From Octopus sinensis (Eukaryota), in contig NC_042997.1 in assembly GCF_006345805.1 (NCBI RefSeq), forward strand, positions 123,194,001 through 123,258,000: 64,000 bases of DNA, given 5' to 3'. Each line of letters opens with the position of its first letter. Position 1 is the stretch's first letter. The position numbers were made by a program, and so were the translations under genes. Below the pieces are notes generated by a model. The model saw nothing but the letters and a program-made list of their open reading frames with translations. It did not search any database and had not been told where the DNA came from. Of this stretch, positions 52,801 to 64,000 are shown one piece after another.

Positions 52801-54492
52801 ATGATAGATAAGATATTGCTGAAAAACTGTCTGATGAGAAACAATAACTTAAGGATGATGTGGCTGGACTTCCAGAAAGCATGTGCTATGCCTCTTTATT
52901 AGTGGATTCTGGATTACTGAAAAAATTTGGAATTACACAAAATATCCTAAATCTACTGAATAGATGGACCAAAACTTGGAACAAATATTCGGCATGAAAT
53001 TTAGGATATTTAATGCGATGAGATATTTCAGCATAAATAGGACATATAACTAAACTATATATGAGGAAAAAAGACTAAACTACGGGCAGTTTTGAATTCA
53101 CTAATGAAAAGACATTATTCCTATTAGCTCATGATAATGAAAATTATTACCAGGAAATTACGATTTTATTCACAGACGAAGTGTTTCTGACGCTACTGGA
53201 GTTTTAGAAAATGCTATCAGTTAATGGGTATTTCTAAAGATGAGATAGTTATAGTTCATTATCACCATTTATCCTTGTATTTCGATGAATACACCATCGT
53301 TTTTGTTTTGTTTTATTTCTCCAGATGTGAAGTGTACTAATATTCTTTATATTCTTTAAAGGTTAAATGAATCGTGAATAAAAGAAACCGACGTAGGTGT
53401 ATAAATAGTATCATGTAGACACACTAAGCAGATTAATACCTACAATAACTTGCTTTGAGTCAACTGCGCAGTTTTTCTGAACTTGAGGTCAATTTGATTA
53501 TATATTGAACATCGCATGGTAACAAGTCAAAAGATTGAAAATTTAATATTGCATGATAAAAATAAAAATTTCAATCTAATCAACTAGCAAACATCATGAA
53601 AACAGACAGCGCAATGATTGGCATCGTTAAAAATATTCATTAATGAAAACATAAATAATCCGAAATTCCAATCGATTTTCCCCGACAGCCAACGTCATTT
53701 ACAATCAAAATGTTTTCGTTATAAATTCCAACACTGGTACTTATACTTTGTACGCTACATCAGTATGCTACAACGCTAAATAAATGATATAATCAATTTA
53801 TTATTTGATAACTTTCAAATATTATTTAAGCGTCGGCAGGAATTCTAAACCATAGAAAGAAAAGTCAATGCTCTCCCACACATTTTCTAATCCTTGTCAG
53901 AACATTCCACTCACACGCAACATGCTAAGAAAATGCATTCATATCAACACATGTACCTACAGACGCACAAACACTGAATTGCACATACATATATGGACAC
54001 ATACACATGCACACCGACATATATTTTAATTGCATTCATTACCAGAATAATAATACGCCAATGGTTTTATGAATTTTTTCAGTGACTTAAGGCTATAAAA
54101 GAAATTAATTTTTTTTTTAATAACCTAGATTCACAGTGAATAAATACCGATATACACATAAAGAAATACGTACCATAGTATTTGGAACATTAAATCTAGG
54201 TTCGATTTCGTTAAGGTGGATATAAATGTAAAGAAAGTAAACCGTGTATGAGTTGAGAGGGATGATAGCCTGTGTTATTTGTTAACGTGTTACAAAAATG
54301 TTGATTACAAAGGAACTTACCATTTCATACAAATTAAAGATTATCCGCGCCAGGAAATAAGAAGTGAGTGGAAATGGGTAATGGCTTAGTACATGGTGTA
54401 GAGAGTGGTGCTTGAGAAACAATGTGCTTAAATATGTACTTCAACATCCAGCCGGGTATTTATGAGAAAAATATATTTATAGCTATCTTACA

Positions 54493-54905
54493 GCAGGAGT
54501 GGCTGTGTGGTAAGTAGCTTGCTAACCAACCACATGGTTCCGGGTTCAGTCCCACTGCGTGGCACCTTGGGCAAGTGTCTTCTGCTATAGCCCTGGGCCG
54601 ACCAACGCCTTGTGAGTGGATTTGGTAGACGGAAACTGAAAGAAGCCCGTCGTATATATGTATATATATATGTGTGTGCGTGTATCTTTGTGTGTCTGTG
54701 TTTGTCCCCCTAGCATTGCTTGACAACCGATGCTGGTGTGTTTACGTCCCCGTTACTTAGCGGTTCGGCAAAAGAGACCGATAGAATAAGTACTGGGCTT
54801 ACGAAAGAATAAGTCCTGGGGTCGAGTTGCTCGATTAAAGGCGGTGCTCCAGCATGGCCGCAGTCAAATGACTGAAACAAGTAAAAGAGTAAAAGAGTAA
54901 AGAGT
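54493..54905 (+). mobile_element. SINE family B, best-preserved copy
   Basis: gcaggagtggctgtgtggtaag...gggttcagtccc...(gtaaaaga)3. Confidence 0.93.
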
Positions 54906-54923
54906 TACCATAATATCTAATTA

Positions 54924-55770
54924 TCAGGTCATCCCATAAGTTCTGTCCGAATTTTGAATAAAGAAACCAAGTGATCATATGTTATATTTAATTAAAATTT
55001 AATCATCAATATACTTTTCCTGATTATCTATGGCTTCCTTCCATCTATTTACAAGCTTTTTAATCCAATCAATGTAAAACGCTTTCGGTTTCAAAATGAA
55101 CACTGAAACGTCAGTTACGATCTCCTCCTGGCTTGCGAAAGTTATATCCCCCAAATGATTCTGTAAACTACAAAACAAATGGTAGCCTGAAAAAACAATG
55201 TCGGGAGAATAAAGTGGATGAGGAATTTTTTTCCCAACCAAGCTATTTGATTTTCTGTGATGTGAACTTTACCGTGCGGTGTCACGCATTGTCCTGATGA
55301 AATATCACTCATTTTCGATTCAATAAAGCGGGTCTTTTTTTCTCCAAAGCTTGGTTCAAACGCTCTAATTGCTGACAGTAGACTTGAGCATTGATTGTTA
55401 CATTAGGCAGTAACAATTCAAAGTGAATTATTCCTTTGCAATCCCACCAGATAGAGAGAAGAAACTTTTTTTCCATGAAGGCACCTTCTCGGTTGTGGTT
55501 GAGCTTTTTTCCATTTTACCAAGCCACAGATTACGACGCTTAACATTTCGATAGAAGATCCATTTTTCGTCACCAGTCACAAGTCTATCCAAAAAGGGTG
55601 AAATGAGTTTGCAAGAATGTAGAGAAGAACAAATGTCAACTGTCTGGTTACCTTGGTTTGATATTGCTTTCCCTGCACATCATGCTTGCAAACGGTCTGA
55701 ACCGATCTGCGCCAAATCCAAGTACCTTCCGATAAATTTGCGTTGCACCCACCATATCTCAGTGATCACA
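54924..55770 (-). mobile_element. Mariner transposase remnant with 3' TIR (decayed)
   Basis: VTGDEKWIFYRNVKRR, IWWDCKGIIHFEL, FHQDNA, PHPLYSPDIVFSGYHLF; TA|tcaggtcatcccataagttctgtccg. Confidence 0.88.
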
Positions 55771-56149
55771 GGATGTTATCAGTTTCTGGTTTTGCCTTCC
55801 ACTGCTTTCCACATCTCCTGGATTGCACCTGATTTCTATATATTTCGACTATTTCAGCATCATCGCCGTTCGTACCTTCCCTACTCTATACATTTTGATT
55901 GTTGACCCCTCTGGTAATTTCAAGGAGCCTGATTTTATGATAGACTTGAGCTGTTCTATATCCGAAGTATGCCTAGTCATTTTCTAATGAACACATTACA
56001 CTTTTGCGCAATGATCTGATCTTGTGGTAGTGAAACCTCGTATACTGAAAGTGGCCACATACATATACATGTATGTATGTGTGCGTGTGTGTTTATGTGG
56101 GGAACATTAAATAGGAATTTATGTATGTATATAGGGCTTTAAATAGGAC

Positions 56150-57711
56150 TTTATCAGGTATTCATTGATATCTTACTAAGGCTTTTGACTTTGTCGGTCG
56201 AACTGCCTTGTGAGAGATTTTGAGGAGACTTGGATGCACAGTAAAGTCTCTCACTTTTCTGAAGCAGTTTCATGATGGCATGGAGGTAAAGAAAAGCATT
56301 CGCGAAAAGCTCTCGGAGCCTATCTCTGTCATGAATGGGGTAAAATAACATGACATGCCAGCGCCCACTCTCTTCACCCTCTATTTTACTATAGTTTTTC
56401 CATTGGCTTTCAATGGCTCCTTTATTTATATATCATATACCGCACAGCAGTAAAAATCCTAAATATCAGAAGCCTGTCAACTAAGTCAAGGACGTTCTCA
56501 ACTCTTATTAGAGTTTTGATATTGTCATTCCTACTGAGGAGGACATGCAAAATCTTATGAATGCAATTTCAGTGGCTTGTGAGGCACTTGACGTAAACAT
56601 AAACCTGTTTTAACTAAAACTGTTGTCATGTTTCAGCCAGCACCAGGAATGCCATACATAGAACCTGGTATCTTCGTGTATGGAAGAAAACTTTGTGTAG
56701 TTTCTAGGTTTGTTTCCTTAGGGAGCACACTAAACAAATCAGCGAATTTTGATGATGAAGTGTCACTACGCATTCAGAAAGCCAGTTTTGCTTTTGGCAA
56801 ACTGGAAGACCGTCTATGGTCTAGATATGGTATTTCCACTACTTCAATGATTAAGATGTATAATACATGTATCTTAACCTCTTTATTGTATAGTTGCGAA
56901 ACGTGGGATGTGTATCGTAAGCTTTTAAAAGTTATGGAACTTTTCCATCAACAATGTCTCAGAAGGATTTTGAGGATCAGCTGGAAAATGCTTGTGAGTG
57001 ACGATCAGGTGCTGAAATAGGGAAATGCTTCTGTATTGGACCTTTGCTATTGCAGTAGAGGTTGTGATGTAGTGGACACCTTAGAATGACAGACAACAGA
57101 CTGCCTAAATAACTTTTTACAGAGAATTGGTGACAGGTAAGTGTCCCTCCCACAAACCAAAACGTTCAAAGTCCTGAAGTCGGGATTGAATAATATAAAA
57201 TGTCCAGTTCACAATTGGGAGAATTTAGCGCATTGCCGAGAAAAATGGAAAAAAACTGTGTATATAGGCAAAAATGAATTTGAAAAGAAGAGAATGAGGC
57301 ATGCAAAGATCAAAAGAAAGGTGAGAAAAAGTGACAGGAATGTTTTAACAAGCATTAATGAACGTGATGATCTTACCTGTGATCAATGTTGTGGAAAGAT
57401 TTGCCTTATTAAGGCTGGGCTAAAGAACCATATCAAATCACACATTGCACAACCTGACATCGATGAGAGATGGACAGCTGATTTCGAATGCATACTCTGT
57501 CATAAAGTGTGCAGATCAAAATGTGGATTGCAAAGGCATAGTAATGCTCATGGAGCTGTAATCACCAGGCTTTCTTGCACTAATTGTCAAAAAGCATGCA
57601 AGTCTTTGACAGACCTCAAAAGTCATATTCGTACAGCTCATCAATGATATTATAGGGCATAAAGGAGTCAGGTAATGGCTCAACTCGAAATTGAGTTGGA
57701 AACCATCATCA
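56150..57711 (+). mobile_element. RTE-clade LINE 3' half (RT remnant, C-terminal domain, three C2H2-like fingers, 3' end)
   Basis: VFIDL.KAFD, FHDGM, NGVK, PTLF, LGSTL, LLYSCETW, FHQQCLRRILRISW; 3' hairpin caactc-gaaatt-gagttg and catcatcat tail. Multiple stops and frameshifts. Confidence 0.9.
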
Positions 57712-57714
57712 TGT

Positions 57715-57915
57715 ACGTATGTAGTTATGTATGCATGCATGCATATATGCATTTATGAATGTATGTATGTATGTATGTATGTATGTATGTATGTATTATG
57801 TATGTATGTATGTATGTATGCATGTATGTATGTATGCATGTATGTATGTATGTATGTATGTATGTGTGTATGTATGTATGTATGTATGTATCTATGTATG
57901 TATCTATGTATGTAT
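57715..57915. repeat. (TATG)n microsatellite
   Basis: Direct reading. Confidence 0.95.
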
Positions 57916-58352
57916 AAAACGTGGCCGAGCTAAATTTGACATCTTGCCTAAAAGGGAAAGAAATAGGGGCTAGTGCAATCACTGAAATTCTCCAGCAACG
58001 ACTTCTGAATTTTTTCCGCAGATTCCTGCTGTCATACATATGGCCTTCCAACAGCAATCCTCTGCTGCCACGATTTGACCACAGTCTCCAACAACCTAAG
58101 ATGGCCGTCTAAATTGAGCCTAACACCCATTTCAGAGAGGTCTACATTAATGTTTTAGTACTCTCACTTTCTTGCTGTCCATGTCTTCGTAGTTTCAGTT
58201 GCAGCTGTCCATGTCACGTCTTATAGCCTTCACAGACCACTGAACAGTACATTTTCTCAACTCCAACTTTATTGCTCTGAAAAACGATGATTGTTAAACA
58301 ATTCCTTAAGCTGTTCCCAAGGAAGGAGGCATAACATGGACTGCCCTTATTC

Positions 58353-58554
58353 AAAATGTGACCGCGTGTGTACCGTTGGCGATCTTTTTCCTCTGTCTTC
58401 CCTTCTCTGGATCTTTCCTTCTCCTATGTTTCCGACGAAGAGCTCCGCTCAAAACGTTGAACCCTCCTTCTTTCCTGAGCGTCCAATAATACTATATTTG
58501 TTCCACGTCCTCACGTTGTTGTGACTTTTTGTGCTTTCTTGTTTGGATTAACTA
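58353..58554 (+). mobile_element. PLE terminal-repeat unit, second copy of the 48069-48278 family
   Basis: gttt-CCGACGA-a-gagc-tcc-gctc-AAAA-cg-tt-gaac; G12 is mutated to A. Confidence 0.7.
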
Positions 58555-58583
58555 TATATATATATATATATTATATATATATA

Positions 58584-59598
58584 TTGTTGGCATCCTTTTT
58601 GTCTCGGGAGACAATGGAGTTGCGCATAAAATTATCTAGTCTGGCTTTTACATTTCATGTCCTAATACATTTCCTGCTGTGGCTGTGTAGTCCTATCCTG
58701 GACAAACACTCCCTCTGGCAGGTGCCGCAAATGTAGCGAAGACTTTGCCTGGCTGGGTGTAATGCCATAGTTTCTCGTTGACGTCATTTCTTGTTTTTCC
58801 ATTTCTCCTCTCTCTCTATCTGTCACTCCTTTGTGTTCCCTCTTTTACGGTACGTCGCCAATCTCCACGGTTGCTGGCAACTGCTTCCCAGTTGCTAATA
58901 TTGATGTTTCAGGCATTCATGTCCCATTTGCAAACATCCTTGCATCGTAAGAACGGTCTTCCCACAGACCTAGTGACCCTAGAAAGCTCTCCGTAGAGTA
59001 TGTCCTTGGCGATTCTGCCATCTTCCATACGGCTAACATGTTCAAGCCAACTCATACGTCTTTGTGTGAGGAGTGCAAACATGCTTGGTATTCCTGCTTG
59101 CTTGAAGACACCTTTGTTGGGGACATGATTCTGCCATTTGATGCGAAGGATTTTCCGGAGGCAGCGCAGATGAAAGATATTTAGGCGACGCTCTTGGTGT
59201 GTGTATGGCGTCCAAGTCTCACTTCCATACAGTAGAGTGCTAAGTACACATGTCTGGTAAATCTTCCTTTTTGTGGTCTTGGTCAGCTTATTGTTCTCCC
59301 ATGCCCGTTTGGAGAGTTGGACCATCACAGTAGCTGCCTTGCCAATGCATATATTGAGCTCAGCATCAAGAGATAGGTTGTAGGTGACGGTAGAGCCAAG
59401 ATAGTTAAACTTCTCCACCACCTGTAATCTGTTTGAGCAAGCGGGAAACAACTTTGGCTTAGTTATCAGCCTCAAGAAGACAAATATCATGGTTCAGGCT
59501 ACATGGGACATCCCAAACATACATATTAGAGACCACAGATTACAGGATGTGGAGAAGTTTACCTATCTTGGCTCTACCGTCACCTACAACCTATCCCT

Positions 59599-59600
<2 letters not shown>
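58584..59600 (-). mobile_element. RTE-clade LINE 3' fragment with inverted 5' segment
   Basis: Minus strand 58584-59432: EKFNYLGSTV..LLYGSETW..FHLRCLRKILRIKWQ..HVSRMEDGR..CGTCQRECLSRIGLHSH, with 3' end ccattgtctcccgagac..ggatgccaacaa. Plus strand 59433-59600: FGLVISLKKTNIM..EKFTYLGSTVTYNLSLD. Confidence 0.9.
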
Positions 59601-59644
<44 letters not shown>

Positions 59645-59654
59645 TCGACTCATA

Positions 59655-60395
59655 TATACCACGTCTGCTCAATATATATCCGGATAATTGCCATAGTAAC
59701 GACTATTGCTAAAGTACGCAGAGTAAATCTGTTCTGCACAGATTAACCTTCAACTCTGCTGTGCATACATACACAGTTTTCGCGTTCTATCTCACTTCCG
59801 CTGTTTACAGCAGTGCTTGGAAGGAAGGTATGTAGCGTGTGATTATCGCATTGACAATTACAGAGAAATTCTGCCAAAAGCTTGACGATACCTGCTCAGA
59901 GACCTATGTAAAGTTTTCGAAATCTTTTCACCGTTCTCCACACAATCAAGGAAATCTTTTGCAGCTGGAACCCGAGTGTCCTCTTGGTCAGCTGAAAGCA
60001 CTTTTGGCACAAACGTATCAGACACACCTCTCGTACACAAGTCATCAGTGATAATGTATTAAACTGAACCGTACTTAATCTGCACATCCTCTGATAACTG
60101 ATTTTTTTGGTCATCCTGGAAACGCCTGAACCACTCGTACACTTGCGTGCGTCTCATATACTCCTCCCAATACGCGTACTTCTTAGGCCTCTAAGCAGGT
60201 ACCACCATGACAATTTTCTTTGTCATCGTCCCTACGACGATCACATGCTACGCAACTTTGTTCCAAGCAGTGCTGCAGTGCAAACTTCGTGTGCTTGCGC
60301 AGCACATGTCAAGGTCAATATCTGCCGATCGGCTTTACTCTATGTACTTTAGCTTCGTTTGTATCGCAATAGTGCGTATACTTATTGATCAAATA
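59655..60395. mobile_element. Two mariner 5' halves in inverted orientation
   Basis: Plus strand KFCQKL.DTCSETY. Minus strand RTQVYEWFRRFQD..FVPKVLSADQEDTRV. The two outer ends align as diverged inverted repeats. Confidence 0.65.
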
Positions 60396-61056
60396 TATAT
60401 ATGTATATATATATATACACGCACACACTCATACACACATGTATATGGAAAGAAAAAGTGTATTCCTACACGAAGAAATATTGTTTGGAGTTTGAAAATA
60501 CATCTGAATATGAAAAAAAGCGTAGATATTTTTAAAAAGATTTATTCATATGCATTCCAAATTGGTTTCAACAAACTATTTTAAGAATGGTACAAATAAC
60601 TATAAAACAAGGAGATTTTAACAGAGTTTAAAATCTTCAACAGGTTTAAAAAATATCAAATGAATAAATGATCACATAAAATTAAATTAGTTTCACAGGG
60701 ATAGATACTATCAACGTAAATGTCAAATGTATCTATCATTATATCTATCTATCTATATAGGGTGGCAAAAATGTTGCAGTTATTCAACTAGCTCTTTCGC
60801 ATATATATATTAACAGTTTCGATCTTGCTTATAAAAAAAGGGAAACCATTATTATATGTTAATTTAGTTAATTTTTTCAAGCCTTTTTTCAGTTTGTAAG
60901 AAACACATTTAAATGTAATGTCATGTGTTTAAATAAATTTTAGGTGCCTACATGATAACTGTAAACCTACATTTTGTACACCCTGCAGATCTATTTATCT
61001 ATCTCTCTCTCTCACTCTCTCTCTCTCTCTCTCTCTATGTGTATATATATATATTA

Positions 61057-61156
61057 TCGAGGCAATCATGCCTCGAAACCTAACTGGAGGCCGGAGCAGT
61101 TTTCCGCCCAGACATCCGAAACTCGGAGTCTTATAATGGCCACCGAATAATTGTCA
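61057..61156 (+). mobile_element. Second copy of the 47885-48010 terminus family
   Basis: ccGAAACTCGGAGTCttataatggccaccgaataattgtca matches the 47885-47930 reverse complement. Small palindrome tcgaggca-atca-tgcctcga at the 5' end. Confidence 0.6.
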
Positions 61157-61230
61157 TATATTATATTACAGATAAATTACTCTATTTATATAATATCAAG
61201 ATCTCATTCATTCTTTTGTTGTCTTCCTAT

Positions 61231-61322
<92 letters not shown>

Positions 61323-61829
61323 GCATGTCATATGTTTTCATATAATGAATTGTATGTGAGTGCAAATGGTGTGTACAGGTACTATATGATCAGTTATTGT
61401 TACGAGGTAGGTAGGAGTATCCCAGATATATTCAACATTCAATATAACATAGACACCCAGGTATAATTTCAACGACAACAGCAAGCTGTGAATAGAAAGA
61501 CTGGAGACCAAGTCGACTATAACATTATCGGTTGGAATATTTGTAAGATTTTATACGTTAATACTGTATAATTCTTAGTTAAAGATAGTTAGACTTTTGT
61601 TGTTGATGTATCTGTATCAAATACCTTACATTCTGTACCGTTGGTCGTTATCTTAAAATTTAGCTTTACATTAATTGCACAAATTTAATTCATATTGATT
61701 TATATCCTACTGATTTTTATTGGTAAACTTGGTAAATATAAGGTTATGGATTACTTTTGAGACTCAAAGTATAAGGTGAAATGCATCCTAAAAAGTTTTA
61801 ACCATTAAATGCCTAAGAGATTCCTTACG

Positions 61830-61869
<40 letters not shown>

Positions 61870-61924
61870 CATACATACATACATGCATACATATGTATTT
61901 TTATATATATATATGTATATATAT

Positions 61925-61966
61925 ACTAGCATTAATGACCCGTCGTTGCCGGGTCATAGTGCTAGT
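61925..61966. mobile_element. 42-bp palindromic Helitron-terminus-like element
   Basis: actagcattaatgacccg-tcgttgc-cgggtcatagtgctagt: hairpin plus CTAGT on both strands. Confidence 0.55.
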
Positions 61967-62956
61967 GCATGTATATATGTGTATATACATGTGTACATAT
62001 TACATGTACATCTATATATATACATCTACACATAAAATACAAAAAATACAAAGTTATATCGTGATATCGCTAGTGATAACAATACTCAAAATATATAACA
62101 GACTGGAATTTTTAGCCCGTCTCTTGTAATTTCGATCAATTGTATCTTGTCCTCCCTCTTGTATAGAAGTGTGGCTACAATCCAGCCTACCTCTACTTAT
62201 TTTTTTTTCCGGGACGTCCTACGTCCCAGATATAAAGGTAAAGATAAAATATTTCCACTTTGCAAGTTCGAGTCGAGTACTCCTTTGAGGTGCTTTCCTC
62301 CATGTGTTCAAATCTTTTTTCTCTACATTGTATACTTTATAGACAATAGTCTTTTCTTTAATTTATTTTTTAATTATTCAGCTGGACTATTCCATTTCTG
62401 CACGCTAATTTTATTTCTAATTTATTCCCATTCATGTGAAACCACTTATTCAAGTTCAAATCACTGATGCAATTTATACCAATTGCTATTTTTACTTTTT
62501 TTCTATGTTACGATTATATTATACTTTAGTTTGATTTTAATTGTTACTTACTACATATAATTTAATTGTTATTATTATTTTTATTGTTAAAGTCAAAGTA
62601 TCTGACATAAAATAGAGAAACGTTTTTGGTTCACTTTTAACACGTAATACTGAAATAGTGGAGAAGATATGATACTGCTATGGGCTCGCTCTAGGCAAGA
62701 AGTTGAACATTGTTTTGCCCATGAAACTACATGTACACTAAGTAAGGCATGTGTAAAATTTGAATGGAATTGGTTGTGTAGTTCTCAAGTTTTAGGGAAT
62801 CGTATTGGAGAAGATATGATATTGCTAGGCAAAAAGTTCTAAAGTTTTAGGGAAACACACAGACAGACAGACATACACACATTCTCAGTTATATATATAT
62901 ATAAATATATATATATTATATATATATATATACATATGTATGCATGTATGTTTGTA

Positions 62957-63009
<53 letters not shown>

Positions 63010-63068
63010 GCATACATACATTCATAGAAATACACTCACACACAGATACACACATATATATTATATAC

Positions 63069-63100
<32 letters not shown>

Positions 63101-63720
63101 GAAGGAGAGCGTGAGCTGCAAATTGCCGTTAATTTGTTTCATATAAAGCTTGAAACGATTATTTCAACAATATATTCAGAATGATGCTTCTGAATATATA
63201 GCGTCTGATTAATTTTCACCAACGTGTTATGATCAAGTAGGTAAACTTACATCGTAACCGATTTTCTTAACTATGATTCCGTGAAAAGCAGCACAAGACT
63301 AACTTTTATTACTTATGTTAGTACATCTTTTACTCAATTTAGTAAATCAGGTTTTGATGAAACCTCCACTATACCCACACACACACAATGCTAATATATA
63401 TTTCACAAACGAACAGCAAATATACTCCTTCAGAAGAAACATTCCAAGAAAATTAAGGTTGTTTTCAATTTTAGAGTCTAAAACTTCTATTTCATCTTCC
63501 ATTTAATTTATTTTCCCAAGGCTATAAAGCACGGGTTTCATCGTCTTTACCTTTATAGTATTTATCTAATAGACTTGAAATAATTTTGAACGTCTATACA
63601 AACTTTAAGTTTGTCAAATATATACCCTTCGCTTCTTTCCCCTTAATATCACCGAACTGCAGTATGCCTAGATACTTGTATCCATTGCCAAAGCGTTATA
63701 ACATCCGTTAAGTATATTCT

Positions 63721-63883
63721 TATTCTATCTAGACACAAAGCCCGAAATCTTAAAGGAGGTGGGGCAGTCGATTAAATCGATCCCACTACGCAACTAGTAC
63801 TTAATTCATCGACCCCGATAGGATGAAACGCAAAGTAGACCTCAGCGGAATTTGAACTCAGAACGTAAAGACAGACGAAATAA
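63721..63883 (-). mobile_element. SINE family A', 5'-truncated, with 22-bp TSD
   Basis: taacatcc(g/a)ttaagtatattct at 63699-63720 and 63884-63905. Confidence 0.85.
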
Positions 63884-64000
63884 TAACATCCATTAAGTAT
63901 ATTCTAATGAAATGGGTTTTCTTCATTCACTTCATAGTTAAAGCTACGCAGTTCAATATAGCAAACTCCAGTTCAATATCAATGCAACACACATTCACTG

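Noticed and set aside
57141-57647. Stand-alone host C2H2 zinc-finger gene
   Set aside because: It is contiguous with RTE RT and C-terminal motifs, ends at a LINE 3' hairpin and tail, and lacks TGEKP linkers. Treated as part of the LINE.

Overview
AT-rich eukaryotic non-coding DNA. The SINE families and the very high microsatellite density fit a coleoid cephalopod, most likely Octopus (recognised from memory, not searched). There is no intact gene, and most long ORFs in the track are translated microsatellites. Contents: about 20 tRNA-derived SINEs of four families; a decayed R4/Dong-clade REL retrotransposon repeatedly inserted in one (TAA)n tract; three RTE LINE fragments; Penelope-like (PLE) GIY-YIG and terminal remnants, several of which fold as minimal type I hammerhead ribozymes; Tc1/mariner, hAT-like and Helitron remnants. 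One plausible 100-nt transmembrane-coding exon (minus strand, 18801-18900) suggests the window is mostly intron of a host gene. The most notable signals are (i) the (TAA)n-targeted Dong-type array with a perfectly palindromic 3'-end insertion, (ii) several variant hammerhead motifs, and (iii) about ten fold-back inverted duplications at element ends and (TA)n tracts. All alignments and folds were done by eye. Boundaries of degenerate elements are approximate, and novelty could not be checked against databases.
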